Positions 19,353 to 27,840 of a stretch of DNA of 64,000 nt are shown in pieces. The position numbers and the translations under genes are program-made. The stretch's first letter is position 1; every line of letters starts with the position of its first letter. Under the pieces are notes generated by a model. It saw only the letters and a list, made by a program, of their open reading frames with translations. It did not search any database and was not told the origin of the DNA. This DNA comes from Clostridia bacterium (GTDB lineage Bacteria; Bacillota; Clostridia; Christensenellales; Aristaeellaceae): assembly GCA_017484085.1 (NCBI GenBank), contig JAFUTW010000029.1:192-64191 (forward strand). Reading direction: 5' to 3'.

Positions 19353-20231
19353 ATGAAAACGACGAGATCCGAAAGAATCTTCTATGCCGTCAATTATATC
19401 GTCCTCACGCTGGGCGCCGTCATTTGCGTGCTGCCGTTTCTCCACGTCGCTTCCCAGTCGCTCAGCTCTTACCGCGCCAATACCTCCGGGCTGGTCGGCA
19501 TCGTCCCGGTCGAGTTCAACGTGGATGCCTATAAGCAGCTCTTCCAGGGTACTCGCATCCTGCCTGCGCTGCTGAACAGCGTGAAGATCACCGTAGTGGG
19601 CACCGTGCTGAGCATGCTGTGCTCTGTCATGGCCGCTTATCCGCTGAGCCGTCAGCACTTCTGGGGACGCAAGTTCTTCATGAAGGCGATCGTCTTCACC
19701 ATGCTGTTCAACGGCGGTATGATCCCTACCTACCTCAATATGCGTTCCCTTGGGCTGGTCAACTCATACGGCGCGCTGTGGATGCTGAACCTCATCAACC
19801 CGTATAACATGATCATCATCCGCAGCTTCTTTGAGGAGATGCCGCAGGAGCTGATCGACGCCGCCAAGATCGACGGGTGCACCGAGATGCAGACGCTGTG
19901 GCACATCATCCTGCCGCTTTCCCTGCCCGTGCTGGTCACGGTCGGCATGTTCTATCTCATCTGGTACTGGGATCTGTTCCAGGGCGTGCTCATCTATATC
20001 ACCGATACTAAAAAATACAACCTTGTGGTCCTGGTCAACCAGCTCATCAACCAGAATGACATCGTGGACAAGCTGAACCGCCGTTCCGGTTCCGCCATGG
20101 CGGTGCAGATCTCCCCGGAAATGATTCGCTCCGCGGGCATCATGATCATGGTCATCCCGATCATCTGCATCTACCCGTTCCTGCAGAAGTATTTTGTCAA
20201 AGGGGTCATGATCGGTTCGGTCAAAGGCTGA
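19353..20231 (+). CDS. Carbohydrate ABC transporter permease (LplC/YteP-like)
   Basis: GGAGG RBS. EAA loop ELIDAAKIDGCTEMQTLWHIILP. Confidence 0.85.
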   Translation: MKTTRSERIFYAVNYIVLTLGAVICVLPFLHVASQSLSSYRANTSGLVGIVPVEFNVDAYKQLFQGTRILPALLNSVKITVVGTVLSMLCSVMAAYPLSRQHFWGRKFFMKAIVFTMLFNGGMIPTYLNMRSLGLVNSYGALWMLNLINPYNMIIIRSFFEEMPQELIDAAKIDGCTEMQTLWHIILPLSLPVLVTVGMFYLIWYWDLFQGVLIYITDTKKYNLVVLVNQLINQNDIVDKLNRRSGSAMAVQISPEMIRSAGIMIMVIPIICIYPFLQKYFVKGVMIGSVKG

Positions 20232-20297
20232 TACAAAGGGATAGGGGATTGATCGTTGGTCCCTCATCCGTGTATATTAAAAGAGGAGGCGCTCACC

Positions 20298-21395
20298 ATG
20301 AAGAAAAACATCTCTGCTCTGCTGCTGGCAGCCCTGCTGGTTTCCATGCTGACGCTGCCCGGCGGCGCGCTGGCTGACAAGCCGCGTTTGACCGTGGCCG
20401 GCGAAGCTGACCAGGCCATGCCCGAAGGGTACGGCACCGTTGAGGAAAACCAGTGGATCGACTGGATCCGCGAGAACGGCCCCGCCGACATCGAGGTCAT
20501 CGCCATTTCCGAGGACAATGACCTGGAACGCTACAGCATGCCGATGGCGTCCGGCACCGCTCCCGACATCATCTATTCCGGTGACCCCGTCACCATGAAC
20601 ACGCTGATCAACCAGCGCCTGCTGATGCCGCTGGATGACGTGATCGACCAGTACAGCGTGGAGTACAAGAAGAGGCTGGAGGAGTACCCCTTCCTGCGGG
20701 ATCTCGGCTCCGTGGACGGCAAGCTGTATCTGCTGGGCGCGCCGTCACCGGCCATCATGCCCGAACAGGTGCGCTTCATCCGTGTGGACTGGCTGGAGAA
20801 GCTGGGCCTGGAAATGCCCACCACCGTGGATGAGTACCTGGAAGTGGCCCGCGCGTTTGCCAAGAATGACCCCGACGGCAACGGCGTTGACGATACCTAC
20901 GGCACCAACCTGAGCGGCAAGGGCAGCGTCATGATCGACTGGATGTTCGGCGATGCCCGCTGGTTCATCCGGGACGGCAAAATGGTCATGGATCTGACCC
21001 CGAGCATGCAGGCCAGCCTGTTCAAAAAGGCGCTGTTTGACGAGGGCATCGTGGACCGCGACTACCTGATCGACAGCCATTACGCCGACCCGGATCTCTC
21101 CCTGGCCGCTGTGGCGGACATGCTGGGAATGAATCCGAACTACGTCAGCACGCTGATCAAGGATGAGACGGGGATGACCTTTACGCGCATGGTCAACCGG
21201 AAGAGGATCGACGAGGCCGAGGAGCGGCTTCTGCACACCAGCATGCAGATCAGTGTGGTCGCGGAAGCGACGGGCTTCCAGAGCGCCGTCTCCTTCAACC
21301 GGGTCTTCAAACAGACGACGGGGATGACACCCGGCGAGTTCCGGAAGAACGGACAGAGGCAGAGCCTGCAGAGGGAACCGGACGATCAGCCGTGA
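20298..21395 (+). CDS. Chimeric ORF: the N-terminal ~255 aa of an LplA-like sugar-binding protein fused in frame to an AraC-type HTH domain (probable deletion product)
   Basis: Signal peptide plus SBP-like sequence up to ...FKKALFDEGIVDRDY. It then continues ...HYADPDLSLAAVADMLGMNPNYVSTLIKDETGMTFTRMVNRKRIDEAEERLLHTSMQISVVAEATGFQSAVSFNRVFKQTTGMTPGEFRKN, a complete AraC HTH pair. Confidence 0.7.
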   Translation: MKKNISALLLAALLVSMLTLPGGALADKPRLTVAGEADQAMPEGYGTVEENQWIDWIRENGPADIEVIAISEDNDLERYSMPMASGTAPDIIYSGDPVTMNTLINQRLLMPLDDVIDQYSVEYKKRLEEYPFLRDLGSVDGKLYLLGAPSPAIMPEQVRFIRVDWLEKLGLEMPTTVDEYLEVARAFAKNDPDGNGVDDTYGTNLSGKGSVMIDWMFGDARWFIRDGKMVMDLTPSMQASLFKKALFDEGIVDRDYLIDSHYADPDLSLAAVADMLGMNPNYVSTLIKDETGMTFTRMVNRKRIDEAEERLLHTSMQISVVAEATGFQSAVSFNRVFKQTTGMTPGEFRKNGQRQSLQREPDDQP

Positions 21396-21398
21396 GCC

Positions 21399-21435
21399 TA
21401 TCAAAAAAAGACCGCATCGCGGTCTTTTTTGATAG
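21399..21435. terminator. Bidirectional rho-independent terminator
   Basis: Near-perfect palindrome CTATCAAAAAAAGACCGC-ATC-GCGGTCTTTTTTGATAG between convergent genes. Confidence 0.8.
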
Positions 21436-21467
21436 GGCTTGGGATCCGGAATGCTGGTTTGTGCGGA

Positions 21468-22433
21468 TCACGCGTTGATGACGTGGACCGGCGCGCCGGC
21501 CAGGTAAGCCTGAACGTTCTCGACGGTGCAGTCCATGATCCGCTGGCGGCTTTCCTTCGGTGCCCAGGAAATGTGCGGGGTGATAAAGCAGTTTTTTGCG
21601 CGGAGCAGGGGATTGTTCCCGCGGATCGGCTCAGTTGAAACCACATCCAGGCCGGCTGCTGCCACCTTGCCGGAGTTCAGCGCGTCCGCAAGGTCCTGCT
21701 CGACCACGAGCTGGCCCCTCGCGTTGTTGAGCAGGATGACGCCGTCCTTCATCTTGGCGATGGTTTCCCGGCAGATGAGGCCCTGCGTCTCCGGGAAGAG
21801 GGGGCAGTGCAGCGCGATGACGTCCGAGGCGGAGAGCAGCGTGTCCAGATCCGTATATTCCGCAATCGCCCTGCCGGAGTCGGAGGGATGGCTGTCATAC
21901 GCGAGGATGCGCATGCCCATCGCCTTTGCGATGCGGCCCGTCGTCTGTCCGATCCGTCCGAAGCCGATGATGCCCATCGTCTTGCCGTCCAGCTCGATCA
22001 GCGGATAGTCCCAGTAGCAGAAGTCCGGGCTTTTTTCCCAGTTGCCGGCGTGCACGCTTTCGCTGTGATGGCCGATGTGGTGGCAGATCTCCAGCAGGAG
22101 CGCGATGGCGAACTGCCCCACACTGGCGGTGCCGTACGCGGGCACATTTGAGACGGCGATGCCTTTTTCCTTGGCGTAGTTATAGTCGACCACATTATAG
22201 CCCGTCGCCAGCACGGAGATGTAACGGATGCCCGGGCAGGCATCCAGCACGGATTTCGTGATAGGCGTCTTGTTGGTCAAAACCACTTCGGCATCGCCGA
22301 TCCGGGCGATGGCTTCGCTTTCGTCGGTGAGGCTGGTTCTGTCATATACCGTCAGCTCGCCGAGGGCCGCCAGGCCGTCCCAGCTGAGGTCGCCGGGGTT
22401 TTCCGTATAACCGTCCAATACCACAATTTTCAT
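21468..22433 (-). CDS. D-2-hydroxyacid dehydrogenase (glycerate dehydrogenase/hydroxypyruvate reductase-like)
   Basis: 321 aa with NAD motif GIIGFGRIGQTTGRIA and NNARGQLVVEQDL...TPHISWA. Confidence 0.8.
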   Translation of the reverse strand: MKIVVLDGYTENPGDLSWDGLAALGELTVYDRTSLTDESEAIARIGDAEVVLTNKTPITKSVLDACPGIRYISVLATGYNVVDYNYAKEKGIAVSNVPAYGTASVGQFAIALLLEICHHIGHHSESVHAGNWEKSPDFCYWDYPLIELDGKTMGIIGFGRIGQTTGRIAKAMGMRILAYDSHPSDSGRAIAEYTDLDTLLSASDVIALHCPLFPETQGLICRETIAKMKDGVILLNNARGQLVVEQDLADALNSGKVAAAGLDVVSTEPIRGNNPLLRAKNCFITPHISWAPKESRQRIMDCTVENVQAYLAGAPVHVINA

Positions 22434-22443
22434 CGCTCTTACC

Positions 22444-23229
22444 TCAGCCTTTCACGCGGTCGATCAGGCTCGCGCCTTCCGATTTCCAGTAGGCTTCCAG
22501 GATCTTGACCTCGTCGCCGAGGCTGAAATCCTTGACGCCCTGAGCCTTGTACCAGTCTGCCTCTTCGGCACTGTTGATCTCGCAGCGGGGCCGCACGCCG
22601 TGGCGCAGGGCCGCTTCGATCATGCGCGCTTCGGTGTCCTTCAGATCCTGAGCGTGATCCTGACGGTTCCAGCCCATGCTCATGCTGTAGTCGCTGGGGC
22701 CGAACTGCACCATATCCACGCCGGGCACCGAGAGGATGGCCTCCAGGTTCTCCATGGTTTCTTTCTTCTCGATCATGAAGCAGGCGACGATGTCATTCAG
22801 CCGGCGGATGTGCGCTTCCTGCGATGCCCGGTGATCCATGCCGATGAAGCGGCGCGTCGGCATACCGAATTCGCCGTCAACGCCGGGCGTCATGGGACGC
22901 AGGGCCCGAACGCTGTCCGCCACCTCTTCGGCGGTCCTGTGATCCGCGAAGAGCACTGCCTGAAAACCGGAGCCCACCGCTTTCTGCGCCACGTACTTGC
23001 GGTTCTGCAGATCGACCTTGATCATGGAGCCCATGCCGTGAAGCTCCGCAGCGCGCACGATGTTGGAAAGGTCCTGCTGGGTGAAATCGGAGTATTCCGC
23101 CGCGAATTCCACATACTGATAAAGGCCGATTTTGCCGACGACCTCCGTCATGATGGGATCGGTGCTCCACATCCGGGTGCCGATCAGCGTCCTGTTTTCC
23201 TTAAGCGCTTTGCGCAGAATGTTTTCCAT
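22444..23229 (-). CDS. HpcH/HpaI family aldolase
   Basis: 261 aa from the ATG 23229 (AAGGAGG RBS). TIM-barrel aldolase-like ...MIEKKETMENLEAILSVPGVDMVQFGPSDYS... Confidence 0.55.
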   Translation of the reverse strand: MENILRKALKENRTLIGTRMWSTDPIMTEVVGKIGLYQYVEFAAEYSDFTQQDLSNIVRAAELHGMGSMIKVDLQNRKYVAQKAVGSGFQAVLFADHRTAEEVADSVRALRPMTPGVDGEFGMPTRRFIGMDHRASQEAHIRRLNDIVACFMIEKKETMENLEAILSVPGVDMVQFGPSDYSMSMGWNRQDHAQDLKDTEARMIEAALRHGVRPRCEINSAEEADWYKAQGVKDFSLGDEVKILEAYWKSEGASLIDRVKG

Positions 23230-23630
23230 TCGTTTTCCTCCTTTAATTGCGATAGAGAGTGATGGGGGCCCGTTCCGGCTTTGGCCGGACGGCGGCTTTT
23301 GATATGCCCTTATTATGCAGGAAAACGGAGGCTGCGTTAATCGCCAAAGCTGATAAAGTACACGCCTTTGAACTATCGATAAACCACATTCTTGCAATGG
23401 GGATATTTCAAAAGATAAAAAATGCATTGCATTTGGAATACTTTGGTGCTTTTACAGGAAAAACGAGTGAGAGTGTGATCACCGGCGCCTCTGCCCGGTC
23501 CCCTGAAGTGACAGCGCAGGATCCTGCCGGTGCGGGCCTGGGAAGCGGCACAGCCTTTGGGGCCCGGCGTATAAGCCAAAACCACTCGTCCGGCGAGTGG
23601 TTTCGGCATTTGGAGAGAAGGTATGTGTTT

Positions 23631-24929
23631 TTACGCGAGCCGGAAATCCCCGTCTCCTTCGGCCTGCACGTCCGTGGCATAGAAGGCATCCAGCGCGCGG
23701 ATCATAAAGTCCGGATCGGCGGTGCCTGCGGTCTCGTAACTGGAGTGCATGGCCAGCTGGGCCAGACCGATGTCAAGGGAATTCATGGAGGCGTGGGTGT
23801 TCGCGATGTGCCCCAGCGTGGAGCCGCCGGGGACGTCCGCGCGGTTGAAGAAGTGCTGCACGGGAACGCCGGCACTCCGGCAGATCTCGGAGAAGACCGC
23901 GTCGCTGGCGCCGTCCGTGGTGTACTTCTGTGCGGCGTTGTGCTTGATGACTACGCCGCCGTTCATGCGGCAGCGGTTGGCGTCGTCGTACTTTTCCGGA
24001 TGGTTGGGATGCACCGCATGGGCATTGTCCGCCGAGACCATGAAGCTTGAGGCGATGGCTGCATCAGGATCGGCCCCAACTGCGAGGCTGACGCGCCGCA
24101 GCGCCGCGGAGAGCAGATTGGAGTCCGCTCCCTGCTTGGAGCCGCTGCCCACTTCCTCGTTGTCGAAGAGGGCGTAGACGTCGGCGTGGCCGCGGGGCTC
24201 GGGGGCGGAAAGAAAGGCGAGAAGGGAAGCGTGGGCGCACTGCAGGTCGTCGATGCGCGGCGCGGAGAAGAATTCATCCTGTGCGCCCCAGATGGTGCCG
24301 GGCATGCGGTTGTAAAGGAAGAGATCCGTCCCGGCGACGTCCTCCGGCGCTGCGCCGCAGGATTCCGCGAGCTCCCGCAGCAGCAGGCCGCGGCTGCCCG
24401 CGCCGCCGCACAGGGGCTGCATGTCCACCTGCGCGTTGAAGGCGTATCCCTTGTTGACCTCGCGGTTGAAGTGAATGGGCAGATTGGGGATGAGCACTGC
24501 GTCGCGGTCGAGATCGCACAGGCGGGAGGCAAGGCCCTCCGGCGTCCTGACGAGCAGCCGGCCCGCGATGGAGAGCGGCCTGTCCAGCCAGGTGGACATG
24601 ATCATCCCGCCGTAGCCCTCGACGTTCAGGCGCAGACAGTCGCCCGCCGCATCCGACTCGCCGGTGTTCTTCAGCTTGAAGCAGGGGGAGTCCGCATGGC
24701 TGGCGACGATCTGATAGTGTGTAAGCGCCCCCTTCGGCAGGCGGAAGGCGAGGACGGCGGAGCGGTTGCGCGTCAGGTAGTACTTCCCGCCGGGGATGAG
24801 TTCGAAGGCTTTGTGCTCATCGAGCCGCTGAAAGCCGGCTGCTTCCAGGCGGTGTGCCGCCTGCTGCGCGGCGTGGAAGGCTGTGGGCGAGGCGCTGACA
24901 AAATCCAGAAAATCCAGAACGCTGTTCAT
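23631..24929 (-). CDS. M18 family (aspartyl) aminopeptidase
   Basis: N-terminal FLDFVSASPTAFHA, then SHADSPCFKLK, FDNEEVGSGSKQGADS, and HSSYE near the C-terminus. Confidence 0.85.
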   Translation of the reverse strand: MNSVLDFLDFVSASPTAFHAAQQAAHRLEAAGFQRLDEHKAFELIPGGKYYLTRNRSAVLAFRLPKGALTHYQIVASHADSPCFKLKNTGESDAAGDCLRLNVEGYGGMIMSTWLDRPLSIAGRLLVRTPEGLASRLCDLDRDAVLIPNLPIHFNREVNKGYAFNAQVDMQPLCGGAGSRGLLLRELAESCGAAPEDVAGTDLFLYNRMPGTIWGAQDEFFSAPRIDDLQCAHASLLAFLSAPEPRGHADVYALFDNEEVGSGSKQGADSNLLSAALRRVSLAVGADPDAAIASSFMVSADNAHAVHPNHPEKYDDANRCRMNGGVVIKHNAAQKYTTDGASDAVFSEICRSAGVPVQHFFNRADVPGGSTLGHIANTHASMNSLDIGLAQLAMHSSYETAGTADPDFMIRALDAFYATDVQAEGDGDFRLA

Positions 24930-25071
24930 ATCCGTTCGGCTCCTTTTGCATTTTGATGGGTTTATTATAGCCAAGGAAGGGAGAGGGGGCAAGAATTATT
25001 CCCGCAGCTATGGAAGCAGGCATGCAATTACGATATAATAAAGGAAATAACGGTACAAAGGAGGCTGAGCC

Positions 25072-26004
25072 ATGAGCATCACGCCCGGAACCTTTGCCCG
25101 GGCTTTGGGCCTTACGAAGATCGGCGGCGGCCGGGACGACCGGAAGACCATCAGCGTCCCGGAAATCAGCCGGCCGGGCCTGCAGTTTGCAGGATACTTC
25201 GATATTTTTGCCAACGAGCGGCCCCAGCTGATCGGCCTGGCGGAGATGGGCTATCTCAACAGCCTGAGCGGGCAGACGATCGAGGAGCGGCTCTCCCGCT
25301 TCTTCACGTATACGATCCCCTGCGTGATCGTCGCCAGAGGTATGGAGTGCCCTGCGGCGCTGCTGCGCCATGCGCAGGAGGCGGATGTGCCGGTCTACTC
25401 CACGAGGGAGCAGACGAGCGACTGGGCGGCCAGGGCCATGTTTTACCTGGCGGAGGCCTTTGCCCCGCGCGAAACCCGGCACGGCGTGCTGATGGATGTG
25501 TACGGTCAGGGCGTGCTCATCATGGGGGAGAGCGGCATCGGCAAGAGCGAGTGCGCGCTGGAGCTGCTCAATCACGGCCATCAGCTGGTCGCGGACGACG
25601 TGGTGGATGTATGCCGCATCGGCAGCCAGCTGCTGGGAGAAGCGCCCGAAATGGTGCGCGACCTGATGGAGCTGCGCGGCGTGGGCATCGTGGACATCAA
25701 AAAGATCTTCGGCATCGGCGCGGTGGTGCACCGCAAGAGCATCGACCTGGTGATCGAGATCGATCCCTGGTCGGCGGACAAGCAGTACGACCGACTGGGC
25801 ACGATGGGCAGAACGATCAGCATCCTGGATGTGAAGGTCCCCTATCTGGAGATCCCGGTGAGGCCGGGGCGGAGTTTGGCTACGATCGTGGAGATCGCTG
25901 CGCGCAGCTGGAGCCTGCGCGCGGAAGGCTACACCGCCGCGGAGGAGCTGGACAGGCGGCTGCGGGAACATTACGCAAAGAAAAACAGCGGTACACAGGA
26001 ATAA
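25072..26004 (+). CDS. hprK: HPr kinase/phosphorylase
   Basis: HGVLMDVYGQGVLIMGESGIGKSECALELLNHGHQLVADD and the LEIPVRPGR signature. Confidence 0.9.
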   Translation: MSITPGTFARALGLTKIGGGRDDRKTISVPEISRPGLQFAGYFDIFANERPQLIGLAEMGYLNSLSGQTIEERLSRFFTYTIPCVIVARGMECPAALLRHAQEADVPVYSTREQTSDWAARAMFYLAEAFAPRETRHGVLMDVYGQGVLIMGESGIGKSECALELLNHGHQLVADDVVDVCRIGSQLLGEAPEMVRDLMELRGVGIVDIKKIFGIGAVVHRKSIDLVIEIDPWSADKQYDRLGTMGRTISILDVKVPYLEIPVRPGRSLATIVEIAARSWSLRAEGYTAAEELDRRLREHYAKKNSGTQE

Positions 26005-26030
26005 GCGCAAACGCGCGGGGAGGAAGAAAG

Positions 26031-26978
26031 ATGAAGTATATCGGCGTGGACGTAGGCGGAACGAGCGTAAAGGCCGGCGTTGTGGATGAAGCGGGGCACA
26101 TCCTGGTCAAGGGATCGACCCCGACGCTGGCGAAGCGCAGCTATGAATGGGTCATACAGGACATCGCGGATCTGTGCCTGCGTGTGGCAAGACAGGCTGA
26201 TGTCCCAATGGAGGAGATTGAGTCGATCGGCGTGGGCGTGCCGGGCATCTGCGACATGAAGACGGGCATCATCCCCTTCTGCACCAACCTGGGCTGGCAT
26301 GACGTCCCCTTCGTCTCGGAACTGCAAAAGCACATCGACAAGCCCGTCTGGGTGGAAAATGACGCCACCGTCGCGGGTTATGCGGAGAGCATCGCGGGCG
26401 TCAGCGCCGGTACGCAGTCCAGCGTCTTCATCACGCTGGGCACGGGGGTCGGCGGCGGCATCGTCATCAACGGGAAGCCGTACTCCGGCGCGCACGGCAT
26501 CGGCTCCGAGATCGGCCACATGATCCTCAAAATGGACGGCGAACCCTGCACCTGCGGCAATTACGGCTGCTTTGAACGCTATGCCTCCGCCACGGCGATC
26601 ATCCGCGAGGCGAGGCGCGCGCTGAAATCCCATCCGGAGAGCCTCATTACGGAAGCGTGCGGCGGGGATCCGGATTCCATCAACGCCAAGATCGTCATCG
26701 ACTGCGCCAAGGCGGGCGACGCGACGGCGATGGAGGTTTTTTCGGAGTATGTGCGCGCGCTGGCGCTGGGCATCGTTACGCTGATCAACGCGATCGATCC
26801 GGAGGTCATCGTGCTGGGCGGCGGCGTTTCCGTGGCAGGCGATTTCCTGCTGGATGCCGTCCGTGAGGCGGTGAAGCCGCACGTGTTCTACAAAGGGCTG
26901 CCCTACGCGGATATCCGGCTGGCGAAGCTGGGCGCGGACGCCGGCATCATCGGCGCGGCGCTGCTGGGGCGCAGGTGA
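26031..26978 (+). CDS. ROK family glucokinase
   Basis: MKYIGVDVGGTSVKAG... and the ROK Zn motif GHMILKMDGEPCTCGNYGCFERYAS. Start at the ATG 26031 with a GGAGG RBS; the longer 25347 ORF is an artefact. Confidence 0.85.
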   Translation: MKYIGVDVGGTSVKAGVVDEAGHILVKGSTPTLAKRSYEWVIQDIADLCLRVARQADVPMEEIESIGVGVPGICDMKTGIIPFCTNLGWHDVPFVSELQKHIDKPVWVENDATVAGYAESIAGVSAGTQSSVFITLGTGVGGGIVINGKPYSGAHGIGSEIGHMILKMDGEPCTCGNYGCFERYASATAIIREARRALKSHPESLITEACGGDPDSINAKIVIDCAKAGDATAMEVFSEYVRALALGIVTLINAIDPEVIVLGGGVSVAGDFLLDAVREAVKPHVFYKGLPYADIRLAKLGADAGIIGAALLGRR

Positions 26979-27739
26979 TGCTGCGCACGGAGGGTCTGGC
27001 CGCGGCCCTGGAAGCGATCGGCGGCCATACGGGCGTCTACATCAAGAACCTTGCCACGGGCGAGGTCTGGGCGCGCGGCGAGGCGGAGCCGATCGAAGCG
27101 GCGAGCGTCATCAAGCTGCCCGTGATGGTGGAAGCTTTCCGCGCCGCAAGGGACGGAGAACTCTCCCTGGAGGAGCGCCATGCCCTGCGGGATGAGGAGC
27201 GCCTGCCTTCGTGCGGCACGCTGAAAGCGATGCACGAGGGCATCGAGATGACGCTGCGGGACCTCGTGCATCTCATGATCATCGTGAGCGACAACGCGGC
27301 GACCAACATCCTCATCCGCCGCCTGGGGATGGAGAAGATCAACCGCACGATCGAGGCCCTCGGCCTTACCGCAACGCGTGTGAACCGCGTGCTGTTCGAT
27401 TCGGAGGCGAGCGCGCGCGGGGTCATCAACACCGTCGGCGCCCAGGATATGGGGCGGATACTGGAAGGCCTTTGGCGCGGGGAGATCGTCTCAAAGGAGG
27501 CGAGCCGGGAGATGCTGGACATCCTGCTGGACCAGCAGCTGAACGGCAAGCTGCCCTTCTTCCTGGAGGATGAGGGGATCGACGTGGCGCACAAGACGGG
27601 GGAGGACGAAGACCTCACCCATGACGTGGGCATCCTGTTTGCAGAGGAGCCCATCATCTGCTGCATGCTGGGTGAACACCTGGATCCGCCCCGGTACATC
27701 CGGCTGATGCAGGACACGGCAAAACAACTCTGCCTATAA
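26975..27739 (+). CDS. Class A beta-lactamase-fold serine hydrolase (no signal peptide)
   Basis: SxxK (ASVIK), SDN (VSDNAA) and KTG (HKTGED) boxes. ATGA overlap with the glucokinase gene. Confidence 0.7.
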   Translation: MMLRTEGLAAALEAIGGHTGVYIKNLATGEVWARGEAEPIEAASVIKLPVMVEAFRAARDGELSLEERHALRDEERLPSCGTLKAMHEGIEMTLRDLVHLMIIVSDNAATNILIRRLGMEKINRTIEALGLTATRVNRVLFDSEASARGVINTVGAQDMGRILEGLWRGEIVSKEASREMLDILLDQQLNGKLPFFLEDEGIDVAHKTGEDEDLTHDVGILFAEEPIICCMLGEHLDPPRYIRLMQDTAKQLCL

Positions 27740-27766
27740 GGAAAGAAATACGATTTGTGTTTTTTC

Positions 27767-27795
27767 TTGCTCATCAGATTCTAATATGTTATAAT
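27767..27795 (+). promoter_or_regulatory. Sigma-70 type promoter candidate for the flavoprotein gene
   Basis: TTGCTC, 17-nt spacer, TATAAT. Confidence 0.5.
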
Positions 27796-27840
27796 TGCAT
27801 TAGAGGAATACCCTCAGTTATCTGAAAGAGGAGGAAAAGC

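Noticed and set aside
23455-23600. Possible riboswitch (I considered a ZTP/pfl-like GTGA..ACCGGCG and ..GCCTGGG.. resemblance).
   Set aside because: The resemblance is limited to short GC-rich words. The spacing and the conserved pseudoknot partners are not there. On that strand no suitable downstream gene exists. It is kept only as an unexplained non-coding stretch.
26975-27739. Beta-lactam resistance gene.
   Set aside because: It has the SxxK/SDN/KTG boxes of the class A fold. However, it has no signal peptide and is translationally coupled to a glucokinase in a housekeeping context. It is more likely a cytoplasmic serine hydrolase than an exported beta-lactamase.
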